Sequence record: CM120771.1
Direction: 5' to 3' (one strand)
Length of the DNA: 32,000 nt
Position 1 is the stretch's first letter. The number at the start of each line of letters is the position of its first letter. This document shows, piece after piece, positions 11,565 through 23,700 of the stretch. The translations under genes and the position numbers were made by a program. The notes under the pieces were generated by a model. That model was not told the origin of the DNA, did not search any database, and worked only from the letters and a program-made list of their open reading frames with translations.

Positions 11565-11596
11565 TATAGATATATATATATAGTAATATATCTATA
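11565..11596. repeat. Inverted repeat or hairpin (11-bp arms tatagatatat / atatatctata, 10-nt loop) in the rps20-rpoB spacer
   Basis: I paired it by hand: 11565-11575 with 11586-11596. On the minus strand it lies 3' of rps20 and 5' of rpoB. Confidence 0.45.
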
Positions 11597-11647
11597 ATTG
11601 AAAGACTTTTGATATTCTTATTTGTTTGGAGTATTATGTTCTTTTCT

Positions 11648-11929
11648 TTATACTGATTTTAAATACCCAGCCAATTGTGATTTTTTTCGAGCTGCTGCAT
11701 TTTTGTGAAAAACATTTCTTTTTGTTCCTTTATCAATTAAACTATACACAGAACTTAAAGTTTTTTTTAATTTTTCTTTAACTTCAGGATTTTTTGAATC
11801 TTTATAAATTTCTAAATCTTTTAAAAAACCTTTTGTTAAAGTTCGAACGGAACTTTTATAGAAACGATTTTGTAAACGATTTCGTGCAGTAATTTGAATC
11901 CGTTTCTTTGCTGATTTGCAATTAGCCAT
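11648..11929 (-). CDS. rps20: Ribosomal protein S20
   Basis: The ORF-track protein contains [30 protein letters not shown]..., which is the typical S20 N-terminus. I therefore take the internal ATG at 11927-11929 as the start, not the 8-codon upstream extension to 11953. Confidence 0.88.
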   Translation of the reverse strand: MANCKSAKKRIQITARNRLQNRFYKSSVRTLTKGFLKDLEIYKDSKNPEVKEKLKKTLSSVYSLIDKGTKRNVFHKNAAARKKSQLAGYLKSV

Positions 11930-11942
11930 AAAATAATTAATA

Positions 11943-11984
11943 TTTTTTTTCAAATATATTTATATTAATATATTTGAAAAAAAA
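11943..11984. repeat. 18-bp perfect inverted repeat (ttttttttcaaatatatt / aatatatttgaaaaaaaa) in the divergent rps20/rpl33 spacer
   Basis: I paired it by hand: 11943-11960 with 11967-11984, loop 11961-11966. It lies just upstream of the rps20 start, so its role (5' UTR structure or operator) is unknown. Confidence 0.45.
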
Positions 11985-12092
11985 TGAAAAGTTTTTAAAA
12001 GGAAAAATTTTTCTCATTATAATCTTATTAACCCTTGATAAGATTAAAAATTTTAGGCAATATAATAAGTAAAATTATTCTTTAATAATATT

Positions 12093-12287
12093 ATGGCAAA
12101 AAATAAAGGTACTCGAATTTTAATTACCCTAGAATGCACAGAATGTCGTTCAAATTTAAATAAACGTTCACCTGGTGTTTCAAGATATTTGACGCAAAAA
12201 AATCGTCGGAACAATCCTGAAAGATTAGAATTAAAAAAATATTGTCCACATTGCAATAAACCTACTGTACATAAAGAAATAAAATAA
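12093..12287 (+). CDS. rpl33: Ribosomal protein L33
   Basis: The 64-aa ORF has the L33 zinc-ribbon pattern CTEC...CPHC and the conserved block [22 protein letters not shown]. Confidence 0.95.
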   Translation: MAKNKGTRILITLECTECRSNLNKRSPGVSRYLTQKNRRNNPERLELKKYCPHCNKPTVHKEIK

Positions 12288-12289
12288 TT

Positions 12290-12508
12290 ATGATATTAAA
12301 AAACAAAAAAACTTCACCTATTAGTTTAAATCAAAAAATTGATTATAAAGATATTGATTTACTTACATTATTCGTAACAGAACAAGGTAAAATTCTTCCT
12401 AGACGCGCTACGGGTGTAACTATTCAACAACAAAGAAAATTAGCGAAAGCCATTAAACGAGCACGTATTTTAGCATTATTTCCTTTTGTCACATCAAATT
12501 CTATTTAA
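12290..12508 (+). CDS. rps18: Ribosomal protein S18
   Basis: The 72-aa ORF has S18 signature residues ([22 protein letters not shown]......[19 protein letters not shown]). It starts 2 nt after the rpl33 stop. Confidence 0.93.
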   Translation: MILKNKKTSPISLNQKIDYKDIDLLTLFVTEQGKILPRRATGVTIQQQRKLAKAIKRARILALFPFVTSNSI

Positions 12509-12531
12509 ACTTTATTTACTAAAAACTTGAC

Positions 12532-12537
12532 AAGGAG
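12532..12537 (+). promoter_or_regulatory. Shine-Dalgarno box AAGGAG, 5 nt upstream of the ycf3 ATG
   Basis: The motif is read directly from the sequence. Confidence 0.55.
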
Positions 12538-12542
12538 AATCT

Positions 12543-13049
12543 ATGGGAAATTTTATCGATAAAACATTTACAGTAATTGCGGATATTCTTTTAAAAGTGT
12601 TACCGGCAAGTAAACAAGAAAAAGAAGCATTTTCTTATTATCGAACTGGTATGAGTGCACAATCAAGAGGTCGCTATGCTGAAGCATTAAAAAATTATTA
12701 TGAGGCACTTCAAGTAGAAGAAGATCCATATGATCGAAGTTATACACTTTATAATATTGGATTAATTTATGGAAATACCGGGAAATATACACAAGCGTTA
12801 GAATTTTATCATCAAGCTCTTTCACTTAATCCAAATCTTCCACAAGCATTAAATAATATTGCAGTCATTTATCATTCTCAAGCTTTAAGAGCACAAAGTT
12901 TAGACGAAGATGAATATATGGAATTATCTAAAGAATTATTTGATAAAGCAGCAGAATATTGGATTCAAGCTTTAAAATTAGCACCTGATAATTATCCAGG
13001 TGCTAGAAATTGGTTAAAAGTTACTGGTCGATTAAATGAGAATAATTAA
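12543..13049 (+). CDS. ycf3: Photosystem I assembly factor Ycf3 (TPR protein)
   Basis: The 168-aa ORF shows the characteristic Ycf3 sequence ([45 protein letters not shown]...[28 protein letters not shown]). Confidence 0.95.
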   Translation: MGNFIDKTFTVIADILLKVLPASKQEKEAFSYYRTGMSAQSRGRYAEALKNYYEALQVEEDPYDRSYTLYNIGLIYGNTGKYTQALEFYHQALSLNPNLPQALNNIAVIYHSQALRAQSLDEDEYMELSKELFDKAAEYWIQALKLAPDNYPGARNWLKVTGRLNENN

Positions 13050-13096
13050 TTATCAAACTATAATAGAGTTTGATAATTAATTATTCTCATTTAATC
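13030..13096 (+). terminator. 30-bp perfect inverted repeat with a 7-nt loop. The left arm contains the last six ycf3 codons and the stop.
   Basis: I paired it by hand: 13030-13059 with 13067-13096, no mismatch. The loop ataatag is at 13060-13066. This is probably a 3' processing or stability element. Confidence 0.7.
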
Positions 13097-13364
13097 AGCT
13101 CTTTGCTTAAAATCATATGTTAAAAAACAAAAACAGAACTCAAAAGTTTGGAATCAAATTCGAGGCGGTTATATTGAAAATATCTCTTAACTGTGGAAGT
13201 TGAATAATGAAGAAATTCCTTATTTTTTATTAGCTATTCAATTAACAAAACTAGAACATAGGATACAAGATAACATAGAGTAGCGTATTAAAAAACGGAA
13301 ACGTAACATTTTCAAAAAATTTATAAATAATTAGAAAGTAAAATTTTCTCGTTTTGAGTACACA

Positions 13365-13730
13365 ATGTTACTGGGATTTGTTATCTGGAAAAATTTACAA
13401 CAACAAACAAATATTGAAAATGAAAATTTCGCATTAGAAACTCAAAAAGAACTTTTAGAAAAGGAATTAGACTCTTTAAATAAAACTAAAATTGCTCTTG
13501 AAAAAAATAATTTGCAACTAACAGCGGAAAGAAAAAATTTAGTCAGTGAAATTGATCTTTTAAAAAAAAATAAAATTGAAATTAAAAAACATTTTAGTCA
13601 ACGGGAAAATCAAAGTGAAAGTGTTTCCAATTTGGAAAACAGTTTTCAGAAGAATACCAAAAAACAGCAGAAACAAAAAACTTATGTTTCTTTAGATACC
13701 AAAATTTCGACGTCATCATACTGTATATAA
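13365..13730 (+). CDS. Hypothetical 121-aa ORF, K/E/N/L-rich with a predicted coiled-coil, and no family assignable
   Basis: It is present in the ORF track with an ATG start and a TAA stop. The heptad-like sequence is ELLEKELDSLNKTKIALEKNNLQLTAERKNLVSEIDLLKKNKIEIKK. It lies in a non-conserved spacer and has no SD box. Confidence 0.3.
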   Translation: MLLGFVIWKNLQQQTNIENENFALETQKELLEKELDSLNKTKIALEKNNLQLTAERKNLVSEIDLLKKNKIEIKKHFSQRENQSESVSNLENSFQKNTKKQQKQKTYVSLDTKISTSSYCI

Positions 13731-13740
13731 ACGAGAAGAA

Positions 13741-13992
13741 TTGGAAAAACAGGGTTATGAATTTGACAAAAAAACTGGCCAAATTAAACAAAATCTTATT
13801 CAACGTTTAACGGATCCGATTAGAATGGTTACAAAAGATAATGAAAGCTATGAAACAATAGAAAATATATATAAAAACAAGAAAACAAAAGAAGATTTTA
13901 AAGAACGAATTGAAGATTTATCATTTAAATTGAAACAGATTTATAACGAGATAGAGGTCGAAACTACTATTGAAGATGAAAAAATAAAATAA
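13741..13992 (+). CDS. Hypothetical 83-codon ORF (TTG at 13741). Its frame is open from 13696 and overlaps the end of the previous ORF, so it is possibly the 3' half of one frameshifted gene.
   Basis: It is present in the ORF track. The start codon there is TTG and the first ATG is 31 codons in. The +1 frame relative to orf121 is open from 13696, so the two frames overlap for 35 nt. Confidence 0.2.
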   Translation: MEKQGYEFDKKTGQIKQNLIQRLTDPIRMVTKDNESYETIENIYKNKKTKEDFKERIEDLSFKLKQIYNEIEVETTIEDEKIK

Positions 13993-14140
13993 TTATAACA
14001 GTATTTTTAGAGTATAACCCAAACTAATTAGAATTACATTACCACAAAAACGTCCTAGGCTATAACCAAAAAAATTTTTATTAGCCATAATCTTCTTTTT
14101 TTGGATTTGAATCTATAAACAATTATTAAATAGTATACTG

Positions 14141-14179
14141 AAATTATAAACTATAAAAAAAATTTATAGTTTATAATTT
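14141..14179 (-). terminator. 17-bp perfect stem-loop, extendable with G:U plus 3 further pairs, located 20 nt downstream of the rbcS stop
   Basis: I paired it by hand: 14141-14157 with 14163-14179, with an A5 loop. Confidence 0.6.
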
Positions 14180-14198
14180 TAGTTTTCATGAATTTAGA

Positions 14199-14618
14199 TT
14201 AATAACGGCCACCCTCTGGGTTAGCTTGAACACTATAACTCTTAACAGTGTATGCAATACGACGACCTTCACATTCTTGACGGTCTAAGTAGAAACCTGG
14301 TTCATTAGTTGGACGGTTTACGATGAAAGACATAACACAACTTTCTGTACCGTACGCAGCATTAAATGCATTAATACGGATATAACCTGCTGCAGTTGAT
14401 TTACGAGCTTCACGTAATTCAAACATAACAGTAGCTGGATCTTTAACATCAAATAATGGTAAACCCCATAATTCCCAGTAACTGTTACGAGGATGTGGAT
14501 CATCTGTCCATTCTATATTCATTGCCCAACCTTTTGTGATGCAATAAGCAATTTGTTTTTCAATTTGTTGATCAGTTAAATCTGGTAAAAACGAGAAGCA
14601 ACCTTGTGTAAGTCTCAC
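14199..14618 (-). CDS. rbcS: RuBisCO small subunit (form ID), with a GTG initiation codon
   Basis: The 139-aa ORF reads MRLTQGCFSFLPDLTDQQIEKQIAYCITKGWAMNIEWTDDPHPRNSYWELWGLPLFD..., typical of red-type RbcS. Codon 14616-14618 reads GTG on the minus strand, preceded by AAGGAG. The spacer after rbcL is 29 nt. Confidence 0.97.
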   Translation of the reverse strand: MRLTQGCFSFLPDLTDQQIEKQIAYCITKGWAMNIEWTDDPHPRNSYWELWGLPLFDVKDPATVMFELREARKSTAAGYIRINAFNAAYGTESCVMSFIVNRPTNEPGFYLDRQECEGRRIAYTVKSYSVQANPEGGRY

Positions 14619-14628
14619 TATTCAAATA

Positions 14629-14634
14629 CTCCTT
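14629..14634 (-). promoter_or_regulatory. Shine-Dalgarno box AAGGAG, 10 nt upstream of the rbcS GTG
   Basis: The motif is read directly on the minus strand. Confidence 0.55.
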
Positions 14635-14647
14635 AAGAATTAATTTA

Positions 14648-16165
<1,518 letters not shown>

Positions 16166-16254
16166 CTAATTTTAATTAAACTAGTTCTGTCGGCTTATTT
16201 TAGTATATTTTAATACAGTAGCCTTGATTTTTATTATAACATTTTTTAAGGTTA

Positions 16255-16280
16255 TTATAAAATAATATATTATTTTATAA
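16255..16280. promoter_or_regulatory. Perfect 26-nt palindrome TTATAAAATAATATATTATTTTATAA in the divergent rbcL/sufB spacer, flanked by further TTATAAC / GTTATAAC units. It is a candidate operator.
   Basis: All 13 pairs were checked by hand. TTATAAC recurs at 16234, 16275 and 16283. The palindrome lies 135-160 nt upstream of the rbcL ATG. Function is inferred only. Confidence 0.3.
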
Positions 16281-16438
16281 CGTTATAACTTTTTAGAATA
16301 GTGTTGATATTATAAAGTTTTAATTTTCCGAAATGTTCAAATTCATTTAAAAAGTAATTTATAATAGTATTAACAGGTTAGTAATAATTAAAAATTTTTT
16401 CAAAATTCGTATATATACTTTAACATTTTAATAATTTT

Positions 16439-17899
16439 ATGATTAATCAATCAAATAAGATTTTAAATTCAAATATTACCAAGTTGGTCAATCAACCTTA
16501 TCAATATGGATTTTCAACAACTATTGAAAAAGACATTATTGAAAAAGGATTAAATGAACAAACAATTCATTTGATTTCAAAAAAAAAGCAAGAGCCTGAA
16601 TTTTTGCTTCAATTTCGATTAAAAGCATACAAAAAATGGGAACAAATGGTTGAGCCTGAATGGGCTTACTTAAAATTTCCAGAAATAAATTATCAAGACA
16701 TCATTTATTATTCTGCACCAAAATCACAAAAAAAATTAACAAATCTTGATGAAGTTGATCCTGAATTATTGGAAACTTTTGAAAAATTAGGAATTTCATT
16801 AACAGAACAAAAGAGATTAGCAAATGTGGCTATTGATGCTGTATTCGATAGTGTTTCAATTGCAACGACATTTCAAGAAGAATTAAATAAACACGGAGTA
16901 ATTTTCTCTTCTATTTCGGAAGCTATAAAAGAATATTCAAATTTAATTGAAAAATACTTAGGTTCGGTTGTTCCTATTGGTGACAATTATTTTTCTGCTT
17001 TGAACTCGGCTGTTTTTACTGATGGATCATTTTGCTATATTCCCCAAAATACTATTTGTCCATTAGATCTTTCAACTTATTTTCGTATTAATGATCAAAA
17101 ATCAGGTCAATTTGAACGCACATTAATTATTTCGGAAAAAAATAGTCAAGTCAATTATCTGGAAGGATGCACGGCCCCACAATATGATACAAACCAATTA
17201 CATGCAGCTATTGTGGAATTGGTGGCTTTAGAAAACGCAAAAATTAAATATTCTACAGTTCAAAATTGGTATTCTGGAAATGCCTATGGAAAAGGTGGAG
17301 TTTATAATTTTGTAACAAAGCGTGGAATATGTGCTGGAACTAATTCTAAAATTTCATGGACTCAAGTTGAAACTGGATCCGCTATTACGTGGAAATATCC
17401 AAGTTGTCTACTTGTTGGAGCTAATTCTCAAGGAGAATTTTATTCTGTTGCATTAACAAACAATTATCAACAAGCAGACACAGGAACAAAAATGTTTCAT
17501 ATTGGAAGCAATACTCGAAGCCGAATAATTTCAAAAGGAATTTCAGCTGGAAAATCCAAAAACAGTTATAGAGGTTTTGTAAATGTTATAAATAAATCTA
17601 TTGGTGCCAGAAATTATTCACAATGTGATTCATTATTAATCGGTGAATTATCTAATGCTAATACTTTTCCATATCTTTCGGTACAAAATTCAACAACTAA
17701 AATTGAGCACGAAGCTTCAACTTCAAAAATTGGGGAAGAACAAATTTTTTACTTTCTACAACGTGGTATCTGTCTTGAAAAAGCGATTGAACTAATGATT
17801 AGTGGATTCTGTAAAGAAATTTTTACTGAATTACCTTTAGAGTTTGCTGCCGAAGCAGATAAATTATTAACTTTAAAATTGGAAGGAAGTGTAGGCTAA
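16439..17899 (+). CDS. sufB: Fe-S cluster assembly protein SufB (ycf24)
   Basis: The 486-aa ORF has typical SufB blocks ([57 protein letters not shown]). Confidence 0.97.
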   Translation: MINQSNKILNSNITKLVNQPYQYGFSTTIEKDIIEKGLNEQTIHLISKKKQEPEFLLQFRLKAYKKWEQMVEPEWAYLKFPEINYQDIIYYSAPKSQKKLTNLDEVDPELLETFEKLGISLTEQKRLANVAIDAVFDSVSIATTFQEELNKHGVIFSSISEAIKEYSNLIEKYLGSVVPIGDNYFSALNSAVFTDGSFCYIPQNTICPLDLSTYFRINDQKSGQFERTLIISEKNSQVNYLEGCTAPQYDTNQLHAAIVELVALENAKIKYSTVQNWYSGNAYGKGGVYNFVTKRGICAGTNSKISWTQVETGSAITWKYPSCLLVGANSQGEFYSVALTNNYQQADTGTKMFHIGSNTRSRIISKGISAGKSKNSYRGFVNVINKSIGARNYSQCDSLLIGELSNANTFPYLSVQNSTTKIEHEASTSKIGEEQIFYFLQRGICLEKAIELMISGFCKEIFTELPLEFAAEADKLLTLKLEGSVG

Positions 17900-18657
17900 T
17901 GATATTAAATTTTCCTCTCTTAGAAATTAAAGATTTACAAGTTTCTATAAATGAAAATCAAGTTTTAAAAAATTTGAATTTAACAATTAATAAAGGTGAA
18001 ATTCATGCCATTATGGGACCAAATGGTTCAGGCAAAAGTACTTTTTCAAAAGTTCTTGCAGGTCATCCTAGTTATTCAATTTTAAACGGTGATATTTTAT
18101 TTAAAGGTTGTAGTATTCTAGATCTTGAACCAGAAGAAAGATCACATTTAGGTATTTTTTTAGCTTTTCAGTATCCTATTGAAATTCCGGGTGTAAGTAA
18201 TGAAGATTTTTTACGAATTGCTTATAATGCAAAACAAAAATTTTATAATAAACCAGAAGTTGACCCCATTGAGTTTTTAACAATTATAAATGAAAAATTA
18301 AAATTAGTGAATATGTCAACTATTTTCTTAACTCGAAATGTTAATGAAGGATTTTCAGGAGGGGAAAAGAAAAGAAATGAAATTTTACAAATGATATTAT
18401 TAGATTCAGACTTATCAATATTAGATGAAACTGATTCTGGTTTAGATATTGATGCTCTAAAGATAATTTCAAATGGTATCAACAATTTTATGAATCCTAA
18501 TAAGTCTATTATTTTAATTACGCATTATCAAAGATTATTAGATTATATTAATCCTAACTATGTTCATGTTATGCAAAATGGCAGAATTGTGAAAACTGGT
18601 TCAGCAACATTAGCTCAAGAATTAGAGAATAAAGGATATGAATGGTTAAATGATTAA
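17899..18657 (+). CDS. sufC: Fe-S cluster assembly ATPase SufC (ycf16)
   Basis: The 252-aa ORF has Walker [10 protein letters not shown], the ABC signature [11 protein letters not shown], and Walker [11 protein letters not shown]. The start overlaps the sufB stop (TAATG). Confidence 0.97.
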   Translation: MILNFPLLEIKDLQVSINENQVLKNLNLTINKGEIHAIMGPNGSGKSTFSKVLAGHPSYSILNGDILFKGCSILDLEPEERSHLGIFLAFQYPIEIPGVSNEDFLRIAYNAKQKFYNKPEVDPIEFLTIINEKLKLVNMSTIFLTRNVNEGFSGGEKKRNEILQMILLDSDLSILDETDSGLDIDALKIISNGINNFMNPNKSIILITHYQRLLDYINPNYVHVMQNGRIVKTGSATLAQELENKGYEWLND

Positions 18658-18779
18658 GGAAACTTAAAAATTGAGCTTTCTTATAAAAATCTACCTAAAC
18701 TTAATAATAATTCATTACAATATTAAATGTTCCTGTATATTTTTTAATATTGGGTAATTTACTAAATTAGTTAAATTTT

Positions 18780-19508
18780 ATGTGCCCAGAAATTTTTTAT
18801 TCCAATACGTTTACATTATTAGCTGAGGCCGAAGTTGGAAAACATTTTTACTGGAGTATTGGTGGCGCATTAGTTCATGGACAAGTCTTAGTCGTGGTTT
18901 GGTTTGTACTAGCAATTTTGATAGTATTCTCTTTACTTGGAACTATAAATGCTGAGCGAATTCCACATGGTTGGCAAAACTTTATGGAAGCAGCAGTAGA
19001 TTTTGTTACTGATATTGCAAAAAATCAATTAGGTGAAAGCTTTTACAAAGAATGGATTCCATTTATTGGTACTTTATTCTTCTTTATTTTTGGCTGTAAC
19101 TGGGCAGGAGCAATTATTCCTTGGAAATTAATCGAATTACCAGAGGGAGAATTTGCTGCTCCAACAAATGATATTAATACAACCGTAGCATTAGCTTTAT
19201 TAACTTCATTTGCTTATTTTTATGCAGGTCTTAGTAAAAAAGGCTTAGGTTATTTTAAGCGATACGTACGGCCTATTCCACTTCTTCTACCAATTAATAT
19301 TTTAGAAGATTTTACAAAACCTTTATCATTAAGTTTCCGACTATTTGGAAACGTTTTAGCTGATGAATTAACTATTACAGTATTAACTTCATTAGTTCCT
19401 TTAGTTGTACCATTACCAATTATGGCATTAGGTATTTTTGCCGGTTCGGTTCAAGCATTAATTTTTTCAACATTGGCTGCTGCTTATATTGCAGAGGCAC
19501 TTGAGTAA
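18780..19508 (+). CDS. atpI: ATP synthase CF0 subunit a (IV)
   Basis: The 242-aa hydrophobic ORF contains the conserved block [16 protein letters not shown] and the C-terminal AAAYIAEA. Confidence 0.95.
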   Translation: MCPEIFYSNTFTLLAEAEVGKHFYWSIGGALVHGQVLVVVWFVLAILIVFSLLGTINAERIPHGWQNFMEAAVDFVTDIAKNQLGESFYKEWIPFIGTLFFFIFGCNWAGAIIPWKLIELPEGEFAAPTNDINTTVALALLTSFAYFYAGLSKKGLGYFKRYVRPIPLLLPINILEDFTKPLSLSFRLFGNVLADELTITVLTSLVPLVVPLPIMALGIFAGSVQALIFSTLAAAYIAEALE

Positions 19509-19805
<297 letters not shown>

Positions 19806-20005
19806 AAATTAAGATATTTAAAGTGGATAAGTATTATGCTCTATACTTATTTGCTTTAAACTTAAAGTAAATAATGTTTTATTTTTTTTTAACATAAGAC
19901 ATTATTTTTATTTTCTAAAAAATATTTCAAATAGAAGATTTTTGAAAAAAAAGATTTTCTATTATTAAAAACTTTTAATTCTATAGTATAAAATATAGAT
20001 TTCGT

Positions 20006-20476
20006 ATGATTAATCTTTCAATACTAATTTCAAGTTCAGAAGTTAGTGGGCCGGGTGGGCTTTTTGATTTTAATTTAACTTTACCATTAATCGCAATTCA
20101 ATTTGTTTTGTTAACAATTGTATTAAATATTATTTTATATAATCCGTTACTAACAGTTATTGAAGAACGTCGAGATTACATCTTAACTAATTTGAGTAAA
20201 GCTTCAAGATTATTGTCAGAAGCTAACAAACTAACTTCGCAATACGAACAAGAATTAACTAACGTCCGTAAAGAAGCCCAATTAGAAATTACAAATTCAC
20301 AAAAAATTCATAAAGAAATTCTAGAAATTGAAGTAAGCATTTCGCAAAAATATATTGATAATTTACTAGATACTATTCAAAAAGATCTTCTAGCTAAGAA
20401 AAATATAGCGCTTAATAGTTTAGACGAGATAGTTCAATCTTTATGTGCTGATATTGAAGCTCGATTATCAATTTAA
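20006..20476 (+). CDS. atpG: ATP synthase CF0 subunit b' (II)
   Basis: The 156-aa ORF has one N-terminal TM helix followed by a long charged helix ([20 protein letters not shown]...). Its position between atpH and atpF matches red-lineage plastid operons. Confidence 0.85.
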   Translation: MINLSILISSSEVSGPGGLFDFNLTLPLIAIQFVLLTIVLNIILYNPLLTVIEERRDYILTNLSKASRLLSEANKLTSQYEQELTNVRKEAQLEITNSQKIHKEILEIEVSISQKYIDNLLDTIQKDLLAKKNIALNSLDEIVQSLCADIEARLSI

Positions 20477-20538
20477 ATTTTTTGTTGAACGTGATTTTCC
20501 TTTTTATACGTGAACAGTTTATATAAAAACTCAAAAAT

Positions 20539-21078
20539 ATGGAAAATTTTGATCAAATTTTTACATTACTTGCCGAACATGAAGGTATTGGTTTAAATAC
20601 AGATATCCTGGAAACAGGATTGCTAAATATTCTAACATTAGTTGGAATTCTAATTTTTACTGGTCGAGATTTTTTAGGTTCTCTATTAGAAGAACGAAAA
20701 ACAACCATTGTAAAAGGTGTTCAAGATGCAGAAGATCGTCTAAATGAAGCACAAAAACGTTTAGATGAAGCAAAAAAACAATTAGATCAAGCAAATATTG
20801 TTATTGGTGAAATTAAAAATGAAACAATAACTACTAAAAAAATGTTGCTTGAATCAGACGCATTTGCGGCTAAGAAGGATTTAAAAGTTCGTTTTGAGCG
20901 AGCATTAGCAACTTTTAGATCAAAAGAAAGAGAAATCTTCTTAGAAATTAAACAACAAATTATATCTCTTGTATTAAAGAAAACTGTAATTCGAGCTCAA
21001 GAAGCATTTAAACCAAAAGACCGTGCAACCACATTAATTAATGATACTATTAATAAATTAGAAGGAGATTTATTATGA
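20539..21078 (+). CDS. atpF: ATP synthase CF0 subunit b (I)
   Basis: The 179-aa ORF has b-subunit architecture (TM helix plus an extended helix rich in E/K/A/L). Its position in the operon fits. The TGA stop overlaps the atpD start (ATGA). Confidence 0.85.
   Translation: MENFDQIFTLLAEHEGIGLNTDILETGLLNILTLVGILIFTGRDFLGSLLEERKTTIVKGVQDAEDRLNEAQKRLDEAKKQLDQANIVIGEIKNETITTKKMLLESDAFAAKKDLKVRFERALATFRSKEREIFLEIKQQIISLVLKKTVIRAQEAFKPKDRATTLINDTINKLEGDLL
21062..21067 (+). promoter_or_regulatory. Shine-Dalgarno box AAGGAG inside the atpF 3' end, 7 nt upstream of the atpD ATG
   Basis: The motif is read directly. It is consistent with translational coupling at the ATGA overlap. Confidence 0.5.
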
Positions 21079-21638
21079 GTAAAAACCCATTAGGGTCAAG
21101 AATTGCAGCTCCATATGCACGGGCTCTATTTGATTTTTCAGTTGAAAAAAATATCATGCATCAAATTACGGCAGACTTTCAAAATTTGGAAATTTTTTTA
21201 AATGAAAATTCTGAACTAACTGAATATCTAAGTAATCCGATTGTTAGCCAAGATGCAAAACGTGAGATTTTAGCAAAAATATTACAATCACAATTAAATG
21301 CGGAAACTTTCAAATTTTTAATGGTTTTAGTCGATCGAGATCGAATTAATTTCCTACAATCTGTTATTACTAACTATTTAGAGTTAGTTTATGAAACAGC
21401 ATCTATTAAAACAATTGAAGTTATTACAGCATTTGCTTTTTCAAATACACAAAAAAATACGTTAATTCAAAAATTAAAAGAATTAACTAACGCACGTGAA
21501 ATTAAATTAGTAATTAGTGTGGAACCTAGTTTAATTGGTGGGTTTTTAGTTAAAACTGAATCAAAAGTAATCGATTTTACAATAAAAAACCAATTACAAC
21601 AATTAGCTAAACATTTGGATACTGTTTTAGAAATTTAA
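21075..21638 (+). CDS. atpD: ATP synthase CF1 delta subunit (OSCP family)
   Basis: The 187-aa ORF begins ..[12 protein letters not shown] and ends ..[29 protein letters not shown], typical of delta/OSCP. It lies between atpF and atpA. Confidence 0.9.
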   Translation: MSKNPLGSRIAAPYARALFDFSVEKNIMHQITADFQNLEIFLNENSELTEYLSNPIVSQDAKREILAKILQSQLNAETFKFLMVLVDRDRINFLQSVITNYLELVYETASIKTIEVITAFAFSNTQKNTLIQKLKELTNAREIKLVISVEPSLIGGFLVKTESKVIDFTIKNQLQQLAKHLDTVLEI

Positions 21639-21671
21639 CAGGAAATAACTTTTTTATTAACTTTTTATTAA

Positions 21672-23201
<1,530 letters not shown>

Positions 23202-23231
23202 TTAATTAAAATAGAAAGTTTAGTTAATAAG

Positions 23232-23291
23232 ATTATTATTTTAAATATTTTGAAACTAACAATATAGTTTCAGAATATTTAAAATAATAAT
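23232..23291 (+). terminator. 27-bp stem-loop (one A/G mismatch, 6-nt loop) located 30 nt downstream of the atpA stop
   Basis: I paired it by hand: 23232-23258 with 23265-23291. Confidence 0.65.
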
Positions 23292-23412
23292 TTAAGTTTA
23301 AGTTCTATACCAATAAGCAGTGAATACTCGAAAATATGTAATTTATAAAATCCTAATCGATATTTCTTATATTAATAAATACATTCCCAGAAGTAATTAT
23401 TCAATTAACTTT

Positions 23413-23520
23413 TTAAATAACACATGTGTTGCATAATCTTGTTGGCGATCTAAACCAAAATAATTTATCTCGTTCATCACATAAATCGGATAATTCTAAA
23501 TAACTAAGAATTTTAGCCAT
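23413..23520 (-). CDS. Small hypothetical ORF of 35 aa (MAKILSYLELSDLCDERDKLFWFRSPTRLCNTCVI), with canonical AAGGAG 8 nt upstream of the ATG
   Basis: I translated it by hand. It is below the ORF-track cutoff. The SD box at 23529-23534 (minus strand) with near-optimal spacing is uncommon in spacer DNA this AT-rich. I recognise no family. Confidence 0.25.
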   Translation of the reverse strand: MAKILSYLELSDLCDERDKLFWFRSPTRLCNTCVI

Positions 23521-23700
23521 AATAAAAACTCCTTTTTGAAATTCAAGTTTATGCTATACTAGTATTCGCGATTATTATTCCTAGACTTCCACTTCTTCAT
23601 TATTATTCTAAAATAGGTGCGCTAATATTAAAACTAAAAAATATAATAGATACCCAACTTGGATATCTAATTTTATTTAAAACACAAATATTAAAATTTT

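Noticed and set aside
11930-11953. 8-codon N-terminal extension of rps20 (MKKNINYF)
   Set aside because: S20 proteins begin MAN.KSA.KR, so the internal ATG at 11929 gives the conserved N-terminus.
12053-12256. Minus-strand 67-aa ORF
   Set aside because: It is antisense to rpl33, which is unambiguously identified, so it is a frame artefact.
12527-12532. Perfect TTGACA hexamer upstream of ycf3 as a -35 box
   Set aside because: It lies only 11 nt from the ATG and overlaps the SD box, leaving no room for a -10 element and 5' UTR. It is probably coincidental.
12568-12825. Minus-strand 85-aa ORF
   Set aside because: It is antisense inside ycf3 and has no supporting signal.
13594-13803. Minus-strand 69-aa ORF in the ycf3-rbcS island
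   Set aside because: It is antisense to orf121/orf83. Its F-rich composition mirrors the K-rich sense strand. It has even less support than the sense ORFs, which are themselves weak.
14318-14503. 61-aa ORF on the rbcS strand in another frame
   Set aside because: It is fully nested within rbcS in an alternative frame. The rbcS identity is certain.
18243-18485. Minus-strand 80-aa ORF
   Set aside because: It is antisense inside sufC.
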